Shown in pieces: positions 12,372-23,802 of a stretch of 64,000 nt of DNA. The notes under the pieces were generated by a model. It had not been told where the DNA came from, did no database searches, and saw only the letters and a program-made list of their open reading frames with translations. Numbering within the stretch: the first letter of the stretch is position 1; every line of letters begins with the position of its first letter. The stretch is taken from contig CAWAXK010000001.1 of NCBI GenBank assembly GCA_963786025.1, positions 5,876 to 69,875 on the forward strand. The letters run 5' to 3'. The stretch comes from an uncultured Alphaproteobacteria bacterium (GTDB taxonomy: Bacteria > Pseudomonadota > Alphaproteobacteria > Rhizobiales > Xanthobacteraceae). The translations under genes and the position numbers were made by a program.

Positions 12372-13940
12372 ATGAACATCAATTGGCCCATCCTTTCAGT
12401 TGTCACCTTCCTGCCGCTGCTCGGCGCACTGCTCGTTTTGCTGCTCGCGCGCGGCAACGGGCCGATTGCCAAGGGCACCGCGCGCTGGGTGGCGATGTGG
12501 ACGACGCTGGTCACCTTCGCGATCTCATTGGTCCTGGTGTGGCGTTTCGATCCGACCTCGCCTGAATTCCAGTTCGTCGAGAAACATCCCTGGCTCGGCG
12601 TCGCCTCCTATCACATGGGCGTCGACGGGATTTCGCTGCCGTTCGTGATCCTCACCACCGCGCTGATGCCGATTTGCATCCTGGCGAGCTGGACCGTGAT
12701 CCAGAAGCGGGTGAAGGAATATATGATCGCGTTTCTGGTGCTCGAAACGCTGATGATCGGCACCTTCTCGGCGCTCGATCTGGTGTTGTTCTACCTGTTC
12801 TTCGAGGGTGGCCTGATCCCGATGTTCCTGATCATCGGCGTCTGGGGCGGCCCGCGCCGGGTCTATGCCAGCTTCAAGTTCTTCCTCTACACGCTGCTCG
12901 GCTCGGTTCTTATGCTGTTGGCCATAATGGCGATGTATTGGGAAGCCGGCACCACCGATATTCCGGCGCTGTTGCACCACGGCTTCCCGCTCGCCATGCA
13001 GAAATGGGCGTGGCTCGCCTTCTTCGCGTCGTTCGCGGTCAAACTGCCGATGTGGCCGGTGCATACCTGGCTGCCGGATGCGCATGTCGAAGCGCCGACC
13101 GCGGGCTCGGTGGTCCTCGCCGCCATCCTGCTGAAGATGGGCGGATACGGCTTCTTGCGGTTCTCGCTGCCGATGTTCCCGGCCGCCAGCCATGACTTCG
13201 CGCCGATGATCTTCACGCTGTCGGTGGTCGCCATAATCTACACCTCGCTGGTGGCGCTGATGCAGGAGGACGTGAAGAAGCTGATCGCCTATTCCTCGGT
13301 CGCCCATATGGGTTTCGTGACCATGGGCATCTTCGCGCTCACTCCGCAGGGCGTGGCCGGCGGCATCTTCCAGATGATCTCGCACGGCATTGTCTCCGGC
13401 GCGCTCTTCCTTTGCGTCGGCGTGGTCTACGACCGCATGCATACGCGCGAAATCGCCTTCTACGGCGGGCTCGTCAACCGCATGCCGGTTTACGCCGCGG
13501 TGTTCATGGTGTTCACGCTCGCCAATGTCGGCTTGCCAGGCACCTCGGGCTTCGTCGGCGAATTCCTGTCGCTGATCGGCACGTACAAGGCCAACATCCC
13601 GGTGGCGACGATCGCCACGCTCGGCGTCATCCTGTCGGCGGCCTATGCGTTGTGGCTCTACCGCAAGATGATCTTCGGAACCTTGAAGCCGGCGCTAGTC
13701 GGCATCAAGGACATGGGCTGGCGCGAAATCTTTATTTTCACGCCGTTGGTGGTGCTGACCATCCTGTTCGGGGTGGCGCCGAAGCCGGTGCTCGACATGT
13801 CGGCCGCCTCGGTTACGCAGTTGCTCGACAATTACAAGCACGCCATCGCCGCGCTGCCTGCGCCGGATAAAGTTGCAACGACCGGCGCCGCCATCAAATT
13901 GGAACGGGCCGAAATGATCCCAGCGAGCGCCGCCCGATGA
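12372..13940 (+). CDS. nuoM: NADH-quinone oxidoreductase subunit M
   Basis: [48 protein letters not shown]. Confidence 0.98.
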   Translation: MNINWPILSVVTFLPLLGALLVLLLARGNGPIAKGTARWVAMWTTLVTFAISLVLVWRFDPTSPEFQFVEKHPWLGVASYHMGVDGISLPFVILTTALMPICILASWTVIQKRVKEYMIAFLVLETLMIGTFSALDLVLFYLFFEGGLIPMFLIIGVWGGPRRVYASFKFFLYTLLGSVLMLLAIMAMYWEAGTTDIPALLHHGFPLAMQKWAWLAFFASFAVKLPMWPVHTWLPDAHVEAPTAGSVVLAAILLKMGGYGFLRFSLPMFPAASHDFAPMIFTLSVVAIIYTSLVALMQEDVKKLIAYSSVAHMGFVTMGIFALTPQGVAGGIFQMISHGIVSGALFLCVGVVYDRMHTREIAFYGGLVNRMPVYAAVFMVFTLANVGLPGTSGFVGEFLSLIGTYKANIPVATIATLGVILSAAYALWLYRKMIFGTLKPALVGIKDMGWREIFIFTPLVVLTILFGVAPKPVLDMSAASVTQLLDNYKHAIAALPAPDKVATTGAAIKLERAEMIPASAAR

Positions 13941-15382
13941 ACCAGTTGACGCAATTGCATGCCTACTTGCCGATCCTGCCGGAAGCCGTTCTGGCGATTG
14001 GCGCCATGTTGATGCTGATGGCGGGCGTCAGTGCGCATCAGAGCGAACGCAGTTCGATGATCGTGAACGGCTTCTGCATCGCCGTGCTGGCCTTGGCCGC
14101 GGCGGCCGTGGTGTGGCTGCCGGCCGGCCGCACCGAATTGTTCGGCGGCAGCCTGGTGATCGACGATTATGGCCGTTTCCTCAAGCTCTTGGCGCTCGCC
14201 GGTTCTGGCGGCGCGCTGATGCTGTCGATCAATTGGCTCACGGTCGAGCATCAGCAGAGGTTCGAATACGGCGTGCTGTTCCTGCTGTCGACGCTCGGCA
14301 TGATGCTGCTGATTTCCGCCAACGACCTGATCGCGCTCTATCTCGGGCTCGAGATGATGAGCCTGCCGCTCTACGTAGTGGCCGCCTCGAACCGCGAAAA
14401 CGTGCGCTCGACCGAGGCCGGGTTGAAGTATTTCGTGCTGGGCGCGCTGTCGTCCGGCATGCTGCTGTACGGTGCGTCGCTGATTTACGGCTTCACCGGC
14501 ACCATCAACTTTGCCGGGATCGCCAAGGCGAGCGAGCAGGGCGCCAATCTCGGCCTGATCTTCGGCCTGGTGTTCATGTTCGTCGGTTTCTGTTTCAAGA
14601 TCTCGGCGGTGCCGTTCCACATGTGGACGCCCGACGTCTATGAAGGCGCGCCGACCCCGGTGACCGCTTTCTTCGCGGCCGCGCCCAAAGTCGCCGGTAT
14701 CGCCATCTTCGTGCGCGCGACCATGGTCGCGTTCCCCGGCATTACGCACGAATGGCAGCAGATCGTGGTGTTCGTCTCGATCGCCTCTATGGCGCTCGGC
14801 GCCTTCGCCGCCATCGGCCAACGCAATATCAAGCGGCTGATGGCCTATTCCTCGATCGGCCACATGGGCTTCGCGCTGGTCGGCCTCGCTGCCGGAACGG
14901 CCGAGGGCGTGCAGGGCGTGCTCATCTATATGGCGATCTATGTGGCGATGACGCTCGGCGTCTTCGCGGTGATCCTGAGCATGCGGCGCGACGGCAAGTT
15001 CGTCGAGAACATCAGCGATCTGGCGGGTCTTGCCCGCACCCATCCGACCATGGCGTTCTTCCTGGCGATGCTGCTGTTCTCGCTCGCCGGCATACCGCCG
15101 CTCGCCGGATTCTTCGCAAAGTTTTACGTCTTCCTCGCTGCCATCAAGGCTGGGCTCTACGTGCTCGCGGTGATCGGCGTGCTGACCAGCGTTGTGGGCG
15201 CCTTCTACTATCTGACCATCGTGAAGGTCATGTATTTCGACGAACCGGTAAAAGGCTTCCAGAGCATGCCGGGGCTGTTGCGGCTGGTGCTGTGCGTTTC
15301 CGGGCTGATCAACATCCTGTTCTTCGCCTATCCCGCTCCGCTGGTGGGCGCAGCCACGGTGGCGGCCAAGTCGCTCTTTTGA
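13937..15382 (+). CDS. nuoN: NADH-quinone oxidoreductase subunit N
   Basis: [49 protein letters not shown]. Confidence 0.98.
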   Translation: MNQLTQLHAYLPILPEAVLAIGAMLMLMAGVSAHQSERSSMIVNGFCIAVLALAAAAVVWLPAGRTELFGGSLVIDDYGRFLKLLALAGSGGALMLSINWLTVEHQQRFEYGVLFLLSTLGMMLLISANDLIALYLGLEMMSLPLYVVAASNRENVRSTEAGLKYFVLGALSSGMLLYGASLIYGFTGTINFAGIAKASEQGANLGLIFGLVFMFVGFCFKISAVPFHMWTPDVYEGAPTPVTAFFAAAPKVAGIAIFVRATMVAFPGITHEWQQIVVFVSIASMALGAFAAIGQRNIKRLMAYSSIGHMGFALVGLAAGTAEGVQGVLIYMAIYVAMTLGVFAVILSMRRDGKFVENISDLAGLARTHPTMAFFLAMLLFSLAGIPPLAGFFAKFYVFLAAIKAGLYVLAVIGVLTSVVGAFYYLTIVKVMYFDEPVKGFQSMPGLLRLVLCVSGLINILFFAYPAPLVGAATVAAKSLF

Positions 15383-15383
15383 T

Positions 15384-15432
15384 GCGCGCGATCCCGAAAA
15401 GCGGGAAGCGGTTTTCGGTAATGACCGCGCGC
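15384..15432. repeat. Rhizobiales-type short intergenic palindromic repeat, copy 3 (diverged)
   Basis: GCGCGCGATCCCGAAAAGCGGGAAGCGGTTTTCGGTAATGACCGCGCGC, between nuoN and birA. Confidence 0.75.
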
Positions 15433-15439
15433 CACTAAG

Positions 15440-16195
15440 ATGAACCGCGAAGCCACGGGCCTGGCGGGGGTCCGGCACATAACGTACGAGACGCTCGGCT
15501 CCACCAACGCCGAGGCGCTCAAGCTTGCGCGTGCGCGCGAGCTTGAGCCGCTGTGGATCAGCGCGCTCCGCCAGGACGCCGGCCGCGGCCGCCGCGGCAG
15601 CACCTGGGTTTCGCCGCCCGGCAATCTCTACGCCAGCCTGCTGCTGAGCGAGCCGTCGCCCAAGCCTTTGGCACCGCAATTGTCGTTCGTGGCGGCGCTG
15701 GCGCTGCACGATGCCCTGTGCGACTGCGCGCCGCGGCTGGGGCCGTTGTTCAAACTCAAATGGCCGAACGATGTGCTGCTGGGGCCGGACAAGCTCGCGG
15801 GCATCTTGATTGAAGGCGAGAGCGAGCCGGCCTTCGCGGTCGTCATCGGCTTCGGCGTCAATTGCGCCAGCCACCCGCCCGGTACGGCCTTCCCGGCGAC
15901 CGATTTGCTCAAGGCTGGCGCAAGGGTGGCGCCTGAGGCGCTGCTCGCAGCCCTGGCTACAGCGATGTTGCGCCGGCTGGCCCAGTGGGGCCACGGCGCC
16001 GGATTTGCGGCGATCCGCGCCGATTGGCTGGTACATGCCGCAGGGCTCGGCGAGGACATCCGCGTGCGCCTGCCGGAGCGCGAGCTCGCTGGCCGCTTCC
16101 GCGGGCTCGACGAGGCCGGTCGGCTGCAGGTCGAGCAGCCGGGCGGCCTAGCGACGGTCACCGCCGGCGAAGTATTCGGCCTGGGCGGAACCTGA
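15440..16195 (+). CDS. birA: Biotin--[acetyl-CoA carboxylase] ligase (no HTH domain)
   Basis: GSTN, QDAGRGRRG, KWPNDV, KLAGILIE. Confidence 0.95.
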   Translation: MNREATGLAGVRHITYETLGSTNAEALKLARARELEPLWISALRQDAGRGRRGSTWVSPPGNLYASLLLSEPSPKPLAPQLSFVAALALHDALCDCAPRLGPLFKLKWPNDVLLGPDKLAGILIEGESEPAFAVVIGFGVNCASHPPGTAFPATDLLKAGARVAPEALLAALATAMLRRLAQWGHGAGFAAIRADWLVHAAGLGEDIRVRLPERELAGRFRGLDEAGRLQVEQPGGLATVTAGEVFGLGGT

Positions 16196-16197
16196 TC

Positions 16198-17868
16198 ATG
16201 GCGCAGGCAGCACAAGAATTGGTATTCGCGCCGCTCGGCGGCGTCGGCGAGATCGGCATGAACCTGTCGATCTACGGGCTGGGCCCCGAGCGCCACCGGC
16301 AATGGCTGGCGGTCGATCTCGGCGTCTCGTTTGCCTCCGAGGAGCAACTGCCGGGGATCGATCTTATTTTCCCCGATATCCGTTATCTGCTGGCGGAGCG
16401 GAAAAACCTCGCCGGCCTCGTGCTCACCCACGCGCACGAGGATCATTACGGCGCGGTGCTCGATCTGTGGCCGAAGCTGAAGATTCCGATCTTCGCCACG
16501 CCGTTCACCGCCGCCTTGCTGGCGGCCAAGCGCGCGAGCGAGCCGGGTGCGCCGGAAATTCCGGTCACCATCGTGCAGCGCGGCAGCCGTTTCAAGGTCG
16601 GGCCGTTCGACGTCGAACTGGTGTCGATGGCGCATTCGATCCCCGAATCGAACGCGCTCATCATTCGCACGCCCTGCGGCGCGGTGCTGCATACCGGCGA
16701 CTGGAAGATCGATCCGACCCCCATCCTGGGCGATGTCACCGACGAGAAGAAGCTGCGCGCGCTCGGCGACGAGGGCTGCCTCGCCATCGTCGGCGATTCC
16801 ACCAATGCGGTGCGCGACGGCCGCTCGCCGTCGGAAAAGGACGTGGCGAAAACCCTCGTCGAGCTCATCAAGAACGCGCGCGGCCGGGTGGCGGTGACCA
16901 CCTTCGCCTCCAACGTGGCGCGCCTGCGCAGCGTGATCGACGCCGCGCGAGCCGCCGAGCGCGAGGTGGTGGTGGTCGGCCGCGCCATGGACCGCGTCAT
17001 CCAGGTCGCGCGCGAGACCGGCTATCTGGAGGGCGTGCAGCCACTGCGCGGAACCGATGCCTATGGCTATCTGCCGCCCAACAAGGTGGTGGCGCTGTGC
17101 ACCGGCAGTCAGGGTGAGCCGCGCGCGGCGCTCTCGCGCATCGCCGAGGACCAGCATCCGGACGTGACGTTATCGCGCGGCGATACCGTGATCTTTTCCG
17201 CCCGCACGATTCCCGGCAATGACAAGGCGGTCGGCCGCATCATCAACGGGCTGATCGACCAGGGCATCATCGTGATCACCGATCGCACCCATCTGGTGCA
17301 TGTGTCGGGGCATCCGCGCCGCGCCGAGCTTGAAGAGCTCATCAGTTGGGTCCGCCCGAAGATCCTCATCCCGGTGCACGGCGAGGCGCTGCATTTGTCA
17401 GAGCACGCCGCGCTTGCCCGCCGCTGCGGCGTCAAGGAGGTCGTGCAGTGCCGCAATGGCGATCTGGTGCGGCTGGCGCCTTCGGCGGGGATCATCGACG
17501 AGGTGCCGTCCGGGCGGCTCTACAAGGACGGCTCGCTGCTGGTCGAGGCCGACGCGCGCACGGTAGCCGACCGCCGACGCTTGAGCTTCGCAGGCGCGGT
17601 GTCGGTCGCCCTCGCGCTCACCGACAAGGGCATGTTGGCGGCCGATCCCGAGCTCGACATGATCGGCATTCCGGAACGCGACCGTGACGGCGGCCTCATG
17701 CAGGAAGCGGTCGAAGACGCCATTCTGCAGACGTTCGAATCCTTGCCGCGCAAGCGCCGCAGCGATCCGGATGCGGTGGCGGAGGCCATCCGCCGCGCGG
17801 TGCGTTCCGTGGTGAATGAGCGCTGGGGCAAAAAGCCCATGTGCCATGTGCACGTCTTGTCGGTATGA
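16198..17868 (+). CDS. rnj: Ribonuclease J
   Basis: PLGGVGEIGMN, THAHEDH, HTGDWK, CTGSQGEP, HVSGH, PVHGE; start at ATG 16198. Confidence 0.95.
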   Translation: MAQAAQELVFAPLGGVGEIGMNLSIYGLGPERHRQWLAVDLGVSFASEEQLPGIDLIFPDIRYLLAERKNLAGLVLTHAHEDHYGAVLDLWPKLKIPIFATPFTAALLAAKRASEPGAPEIPVTIVQRGSRFKVGPFDVELVSMAHSIPESNALIIRTPCGAVLHTGDWKIDPTPILGDVTDEKKLRALGDEGCLAIVGDSTNAVRDGRSPSEKDVAKTLVELIKNARGRVAVTTFASNVARLRSVIDAARAAEREVVVVGRAMDRVIQVARETGYLEGVQPLRGTDAYGYLPPNKVVALCTGSQGEPRAALSRIAEDQHPDVTLSRGDTVIFSARTIPGNDKAVGRIINGLIDQGIIVITDRTHLVHVSGHPRRAELEELISWVRPKILIPVHGEALHLSEHAALARRCGVKEVVQCRNGDLVRLAPSAGIIDEVPSGRLYKDGSLLVEADARTVADRRRLSFAGAVSVALALTDKGMLAADPELDMIGIPERDRDGGLMQEAVEDAILQTFESLPRKRRSDPDAVAEAIRRAVRSVVNERWGKKPMCHVHVLSV

Positions 17869-17899
17869 TCCGGACCGCCGGAGCTAAGCGAGGAAGTTC

Positions 17900-18304
17900 A
17901 TGATCGGTCGTCTCAATCACGTGGCTATCGCCGTGCGCGACATCGCCAAGGCCGCCAAGGTGTATCGCGACACGCTCGGCGCGGAAATTTCCGCCACCGT
18001 CAAGCAGCCGGACCACGGCGTCTCGACCGTGTTCATCAATCTGCCCAACACCAAGATCGAATTGTTGGAGCCGCTGGGCGACGCCTCGCCGATCAACAAA
18101 TTCCTGGAGAAAAATCCGGACGGCGGCATCCACCACGTCTGCTACGAGGTGCCCGACATCCGCGCCGCCCGCGACACATTAAAGGCGCAAGGCGCGCGCG
18201 TACTCGGCAATGGCGAGCCGAAGATCGGGGCGCACGGCAAGCCGGTGCTATTCCTGCATCCGAAAGACTTCTGCGGCACACTGGTCGAACTCGAGCAGGC
18301 GTAA
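17900..18304 (+). CDS. mce: Methylmalonyl-CoA epimerase
   Basis: LNHVAIAV, KIELLEP, GGIHHVCYEV, GAHGKPVLFLHPKD; conserved synteny after rnj. Confidence 0.93.
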   Translation: MIGRLNHVAIAVRDIAKAAKVYRDTLGAEISATVKQPDHGVSTVFINLPNTKIELLEPLGDASPINKFLEKNPDGGIHHVCYEVPDIRAARDTLKAQGARVLGNGEPKIGAHGKPVLFLHPKDFCGTLVELEQA

Positions 18305-18310
18305 CTCTTC

Positions 18311-18583
18311 ATGCAGGTTGGCACCGCCATCGCGATCTATTTCATCATCTGGTGGGTGGTGTTGTTCGCCGTGCTGCCATGGGGCGCCTACAGCCAGCAG
18401 GACAGCGGCGAGGTGACGCCGGGCACTGAACCGGGTGCGCCGGCGGTGCACCGCGTCTGGCGCAAGCTCATGTGGACCACCGTAACTGCCGCCGTCGTGT
18501 ACGGCTTTTTCGCGCTGCTCTACAAAGAGGGCCTGATCCCGTTCGAATTCTTGAAGTCGATTTCCAATCCGCCGCATTCGTGA
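18311..18583 (+). CDS. DUF1467-like small membrane protein
   Basis: AIYFIIWWVVLFAVLPWG...PGTEPGAP; usual position after mce. Confidence 0.85.
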   Translation: MQVGTAIAIYFIIWWVVLFAVLPWGAYSQQDSGEVTPGTEPGAPAVHRVWRKLMWTTVTAAVVYGFFALLYKEGLIPFEFLKSISNPPHS

Positions 18584-18612
18584 CGCGGGCCAATCACGCG
18601 CAGCGTCCGCGG

Positions 18613-18644
18613 AAAAAAAAGAGCAGGGCACGCTTGCCCTGCTC
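18613..18644 (-). terminator. Rho-independent terminator (- strand)
   Basis: 10-bp stem GAGCAGGGCA/TGCCCTGCTC with a 4-nt loop, followed by T8 on the - strand. Confidence 0.85.
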
Positions 18645-18791
18645 GTCGCATTTAGAAGTCCCCATCCTCGCGTTTTTATCCGCGTTATGTTCGAGGCGGC
18701 GGCGATTTCCGCGCCAAGGACTTGGCTCCTCCCAAGACTTGGACCGCAACTTGGGGCCGGCTTATAGGGCCGGACTCTCCATCTTACGGAT
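18613..18791 (-). ncRNA. Candidate small RNA (about 180 nt)
   Basis: Bounded by a - strand promoter-like motif (GTGACA-17-TAGCGT) and an intrinsic terminator; several hairpins; no convincing ORF. Confidence 0.6.
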
Positions 18792-19125
18792 GCACAACGC
18801 TAGCCGATTGCCGCCGTGCTGTCACCACGATTCCGTCACGGAACGATAATGATCGGAGCGTCCGGGCACGCATAGGTGTTCGCTATGGCACATCAGCGGA
18901 AATTCTCCGCAGTCCAATGCCGGAGCCGCAAACTTCTCGCTTTCGCCGATGAGGGCCTAGTTTCCAGAAGCTATCGCACCGCACCGTTATACAAAAGGCA
19001 GAAAAGTATTATGATTTATCGTTAGAGTAGCATCCCGTTAGAGGGGGAACTCGCCCGCCTTGTGTTTTCCCGGCCGATCCGCTTTCACTCAGGCCCCAAC
19101 AGCCCTCGATTCCGAGCCGCCCGCA

Positions 19126-20448
19126 ATGCGCCTGTCCCGCTACTTCCTGCCGATTTTGCGTGAAACCCCGAAAGAGGCGGAGATCGTCTCGCACCGGCTG
19201 ATGCTGCGCGCCGGCATGATGCGGCAGGAGGCGGCCGGCATCTATGCCTTCCTGCCGCTCGGGCTGCGGGTGCTGAAGAAGATCGAACAGATCGTGCGCG
19301 AGGAGCAGAACCGCGCCGGCGCCATCGAATTGCTGATGCCGACCATACAGTCGGCCGATCTGTGGCGCGAAAGCGGACGCTACGACGCCTACGGCAAGGA
19401 GATGCTGCGCATCAAGGACCGGCACGAGCGCGACATGCTCTACGGGCCGACCAACGAGGAGATGATCACCGAGATCTTCCGCGCCTATGTGCGTTCCTAC
19501 AAGGATCTGCCGCTCAACCTGTATCACATCCAATGGAAATTCCGCGACGAGGTGCGCCCGCGCTTCGGGCTGATGCGTGGGCGCGAATTCCTGATGAAGG
19601 ACGCCTATTCGTTCGACATCGACCAGGCCGGCGCGCAACACAGCTACAACAAGATGTTCGTGGCCTACCTGCGCACGTTCCAGCGCATGGGGCTGAAATC
19701 GATCCCGATGCGCGCCGAGTCAGGTCCGATCGGCGGCAATCTTTCCCACGAATTCATCATCCTCGCCTCGACCGGCGAGTCGGAGGTGTTCTGCCACAAG
19801 GATTACCTCGATCTGCCGGTGCCGCCGGCTGACGTGAATTTCGACGACATTGCCGGCTTGCAGGGCATCGTCGACAAATGGACGTCGCAATACGCCGCCA
19901 CCTCCGACATGCACGATGCGGCGGCCTACGCCAACGTCCCCTCTGACAAGCAGGTGTCCGCGCGCGGCATCGAGGTGGGCCACATCTTCTATTTCGGCAC
20001 CAAATATTCCGAACCGATGAAGGCGGTGGTCGCCTCCGGCGCGGGCGGCGAGCAACCGGTGCATATGGGCTCCTACGGCATCGGGCCGTCGCGCCTGGTC
20101 GCCGCCATCATCGAGGCCTCGCATGACGATGCCGGCATCGTCTGGCCGGAGCCGGTGGCGCCGTTCAAGGTGGCGATCCTCAATGTCAAGCAGGGCGATG
20201 CGGCAACCGACGGCGCCTGCGCGCAGCTTTACAAGGAACTTGCCGGCAAGGGCGTCGAGGTGCTTTACGACGACCGCGACGAGCGCGCCGGCGGCAAATT
20301 TGCCACCGCCGACCTCATTGGTATCCCGTGGCAGGTGATGGTCGGCCCGCGCGGGCTGGCCGAGGGCAAGGTCGAAGTCAAGAAACGCGCTGGCGGCACG
20401 CGCGAGATGATTAGCCCGGCCGCGGCGCTCGACCTGCTGTCGCGCTGA
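19126..20448 (+). CDS. proS: Proline--tRNA ligase (short form without the large INS editing domain)
   Basis: [66 protein letters not shown]. Confidence 0.97.
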   Translation: MRLSRYFLPILRETPKEAEIVSHRLMLRAGMMRQEAAGIYAFLPLGLRVLKKIEQIVREEQNRAGAIELLMPTIQSADLWRESGRYDAYGKEMLRIKDRHERDMLYGPTNEEMITEIFRAYVRSYKDLPLNLYHIQWKFRDEVRPRFGLMRGREFLMKDAYSFDIDQAGAQHSYNKMFVAYLRTFQRMGLKSIPMRAESGPIGGNLSHEFIILASTGESEVFCHKDYLDLPVPPADVNFDDIAGLQGIVDKWTSQYAATSDMHDAAAYANVPSDKQVSARGIEVGHIFYFGTKYSEPMKAVVASGAGGEQPVHMGSYGIGPSRLVAAIIEASHDDAGIVWPEPVAPFKVAILNVKQGDAATDGACAQLYKELAGKGVEVLYDDRDERAGGKFATADLIGIPWQVMVGPRGLAEGKVEVKKRAGGTREMISPAAALDLLSR

Positions 20449-20451
20449 TGG

Positions 20452-21235
20452 TCAAGGTTTGAACTGACCCGTGGTCGCCGCGGGCGACGCCGATACCACA
20501 TGCACGATGTGGAAATGCCGGGCGTGCAACGCGCGCAGCAGCTTCGGCAGCGCCCGAGCGGTTTCCGGCTGAACGTCATGCAACACGAGGATGCCACGAC
20601 CCTTGCGCTCAATCCGCGCCAGCACGCGCGCGGAGATTTGATCCGCGGTGCCCGACCAGTCGTCGGCGCCAAAATCGGCGCTCCAGGCCATGACGCCGCG
20701 CGACGCGAGATGCTGCTCGAGCGCCGCCGAGCGGCTGAGACCCGGGAATCGATAGAACGGCGCGACCGCTTTGCGGTCGCCCAGGGCGACGGCCACCATT
20801 TCGGCGCCGCTGTCGAAATCCCACTCTACTTCGGCCGCCGACGCGTGCTGGCCGAGAACGCGATGCTGCAGCGAATGCGTTGCGATGGTGTGGCCGTCGG
20901 CGTGAGCGCGGCGCAGCAAGGCCGGATGCGCCTTGGCCATGTTGCCGAGCACGAAAAAGGTCGCCTTGACGCATTCGGCCCCCAGCGCGTCCAGAATCCG
21001 CGCGGTATTCGGCGGCCGCGGGCCGTCGTCGAAAGTGAGGACGATTTCGTGGTCGCGCAACGGCAGCGTGTCGGGGTATTGCATCGTCCCAACGCGGCGG
21101 ATGTGCGCCACATCGACCGCGATTGCCCGGCTGGTGCCGAGCGCGTCGGGATGCCCGGGACAGTCGGCTGCGGCCATCGGGGGTCACCGTGGCACAAAGC
21201 AACACCGACCCGGCAATCGCGATAAGGCGGTACAT
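20452..21235 (-). CDS. Secreted polysaccharide deacetylase (NodB/CE4); apparent +1 frameshift after the signal peptide
   Basis: LTFDDGP, ATFF, HSLQH, FYRFPG, LVLHD motifs; signal peptide MYRLIAIAGSVLLCATVTP is one base out of frame at the G5 run 21179-21183. Confidence 0.85.
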
Positions 21236-21457
21236 GGTGCGGGCTCGGTCGGTTCCAGGGCGGAGGGGCAACGGCGGTAGGGCGTTTCGTATGGCCTATC
21301 CGGAGGCTTTCGGCATTGATCCAAATCTAAGGCGGGCGGCAAAGCAGTGGTGGAACCGTTTAAAATACCTGTGTGCGGCCAAGCACTTTGGCTGGCATAT
21401 ACGGCTTGAATCCGCCCGAATCGTGTGAAAATCCAAACCCCGGGAAACAATTAATCA

Positions 21458-22726
21458 ATGACCGAGCCCAACGGGACGCGGCCCTTCTCCCCGTTTGAGT
21501 GGATGCTGTCGCTGCGCTACTTGCGGGCGCGGCGCAAGGAAGGATTCATCTCGGTGATCGCCGGGTTTTCCTTCCTCGGCATCATGCTGGGCGTCGCCAC
21601 CCTTATCATCGTGATGGCGGTGATGAACGGGTTCCGCAAGGAACTGCTCGACAAGATCCTCGGCCTCAACGGCCATCTCTTGATCCAGCCGCTGGAAAAG
21701 CCGCTGACAGACTGGGAAGCAGTCGCCGCGCGCATTGCCGCCGTTAGGGGCATCAGACTGGCGGCGCCGATCGTCGAGGGCCAGGCGCTGGCGTCCTCGC
21801 CGTTCAATGCCGGCGGCGTGCTGATCCGCGGCATTCGCCTGGCCGACCTCGAGAAGCTTCCCTCGGTCGCCAAGAACATCAAGCAGGGTACGCTGCAAGG
21901 CTTCGACGAGGGGCAGGGGGTGGCGATCGGCCGCCGGCTCGCCGACCAGTTGTCGCTGCGCGCCGGCGACAACATCACGCTGGTGGCGCCGCGCGGCGCG
22001 GTCACGCCCATGGGCACCATGCCGCGCATCAAGGTCTACAAGATCGCCGCGGTGTTCGAGATCGGCATGTCGGAATACGATTCCGCCTTCATCTTCATGC
22101 CGCTGAAGGAGGCGCAGGCCTATTTCAACCGCGCCGGCGACGTCACCGCGATCGAAATCTATACCGACAATCCCGACCGCGTCGATTCGTATCGAAAAGC
22201 GGTGCAGGACGCGGCGCAACGGCCGATCTTCATGATCGACTGGCGCCAGCGCAACGCCACCTTCTTCAACGCGCTGCAGGTCGAGCGCAACGTGATGTTC
22301 CTGATCCTGACCCTCATCGTCCTGGTGGCGGCGCTCAACATCGTGTCCGGCCTGATCATGCTGGTGAAGGACAAGGGCCAGGACATCGCAATTTTGCGCA
22401 CCATGGGCGCGACGCAAGGCTCGATCATGCGCGTGTTCCTGATCACCGGGGCCTCCATCGGCGTGGTCGGCACGCTGGTCGGCTTCCTGCTCGGCGTGGT
22501 GATCTGCCTGAATATCGAGACCATCCGGCAGTTCCTGTCCTGGCTCACCAATACGGAGCTGTTCTCGCCCGAACTCTATTTCCTCTCGCATCTGCCGGCC
22601 GACATGGACACCGGCGAGACCACTGCGGTGGTGGTGATGGCGCTCATGCTGTCGCTGCTCGCGACGCTCTATCCGTCATGGCGCGCGGCTCGCCTCGATC
22701 CGGTGGAGGCGCTGCGCTATGAGTGA
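21458..22726 (+). CDS. lolC: Lipoprotein-releasing ABC transporter permease (LolC/E)
   Basis: [54 protein letters not shown]. Confidence 0.93.
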   Translation: MTEPNGTRPFSPFEWMLSLRYLRARRKEGFISVIAGFSFLGIMLGVATLIIVMAVMNGFRKELLDKILGLNGHLLIQPLEKPLTDWEAVAARIAAVRGIRLAAPIVEGQALASSPFNAGGVLIRGIRLADLEKLPSVAKNIKQGTLQGFDEGQGVAIGRRLADQLSLRAGDNITLVAPRGAVTPMGTMPRIKVYKIAAVFEIGMSEYDSAFIFMPLKEAQAYFNRAGDVTAIEIYTDNPDRVDSYRKAVQDAAQRPIFMIDWRQRNATFFNALQVERNVMFLILTLIVLVAALNIVSGLIMLVKDKGQDIAILRTMGATQGSIMRVFLITGASIGVVGTLVGFLLGVVICLNIETIRQFLSWLTNTELFSPELYFLSHLPADMDTGETTAVVVMALMLSLLATLYPSWRAARLDPVEALRYE

Positions 22727-23453
22727 CACCGTCGTGGCGGACAAGGGCGCGGCGGCGCAGAAACAGGGTGAGGATATCCCCATCCTGTTCATGCACGCGA
22801 TCGAGCGCACCTATCGGCAGGGCGACGAGGCGCTGCATATCCTCAACGGCACCGAGCTCGCGGTCTGGCCCGGGCAGTCGGTGGCGCTGGTGGCGCCTTC
22901 GGGCGCCGGCAAATCGACGCTGCTGCATATTGCCGGCCTGCTCGAGCATCCCGACCACGGCGACGTCTATATCGACGGCCGCGCCACCGCGATCCTGCCG
23001 GATCATGAGCGCACCCGCATCCGACGCAACGAGATCGGCTTCGTCTACCAGTCGCATCATCTGCTGCCGGAATTCACCGCGCTGGAGAACGTGCTGCTGC
23101 CGCAGATGATCCGCGGGCTCGGGCGCGGCGAGGCCAAGAAGCGCGCGGTCGAATTGCTCGGCTATCTCGGCTTGCAAAACCGGCTCACCCATCGGCCGGC
23201 GGAACTCTCCGGCGGCGAGCAGCAGCGCGTCGCCATCGCGCGCGCGGTCGCCAATGCGCCGCGGATTCTGCTGGCCGACGAGCCGACCGGAAATCTCGAC
23301 GTCCACACCGCCGATCACGTGTTCGCGGCTTTGACGCAGCTGGTGCGCGCTTCCGGCCTCGCCACCATCATCGCCACCCACAACATGGAACTCGCCGCCC
23401 GCATGGACCGGCGGGTGACCTTGCGCGAGGGCGTGGTGGTGGAGCTGGCGTGA
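22719..23453 (+). CDS. lolD: Lipoprotein-releasing ABC transporter ATP-binding protein
   Basis: [37 protein letters not shown]. Confidence 0.94.
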   Translation: MSDTVVADKGAAAQKQGEDIPILFMHAIERTYRQGDEALHILNGTELAVWPGQSVALVAPSGAGKSTLLHIAGLLEHPDHGDVYIDGRATAILPDHERTRIRRNEIGFVYQSHHLLPEFTALENVLLPQMIRGLGRGEAKKRAVELLGYLGLQNRLTHRPAELSGGEQQRVAIARAVANAPRILLADEPTGNLDVHTADHVFAALTQLVRASGLATIIATHNMELAARMDRRVTLREGVVVELA

Positions 23454-23522
23454 GAGCAATAGCCAATAAGCCATTGAATTATTTAGGAATATATTGCGTT
23501 TGGAGCCGCAGTTTCATCGCCA

Positions 23523-23564
23523 TTGACTCCGGAACATAGCATGAACTATGTTCTCTCTTCGTTC
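23523..23564 (+). promoter_or_regulatory. SOS promoter: TTGACT...TATGTT overlapped by two alphaproteobacterial LexA boxes
   Basis: GAAC-atagcat-GAAC at 23532-23546 and GTTC-tctcttc-GTTC at 23550-23564, both perfect N7 boxes. Confidence 0.85.
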
Positions 23565-23577
23565 TGGGGAGAGAACC

Positions 23578-23676
23578 ATGTTCAAAGCCGTGATCCAAGA
23601 GGCCGCCGCGCTTACCTCGCTCGCGCTGTTCGTCGGCATGATCGCCATCTGGTCGCAGGTGTTCAGCAACCTGTAG
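23578..23676 (+). CDS. SidA-like SOS-induced small membrane protein (32 aa)
   Basis: MFKAVIQEAAALTSLALFVGMIAIWSQVFSNL; GGGGAGAG RBS; tandem LexA boxes; directly upstream of dnaE. Confidence 0.8.
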   Translation: MFKAVIQEAAALTSLALFVGMIAIWSQVFSNL

Positions 23677-23802
23677 GATCGGCATCGCCGTTGAACGTCG
23701 GTCTGGCCTGTTGAAAGCCGGCATAGCCGGCGCACCAAGGGCTGATGGCTGTAGACGCGGGCGCTGACTGTCCCCACTCTGGGTGACAACAAGGAATCAC
23801 CC

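Noticed and set aside
18472..18952. ORF-track ORFs 18472-18849 and 18722-18952
   Set aside because: Atypical composition, overlap with the terminator and candidate sRNA, and no RBS; probably spurious.
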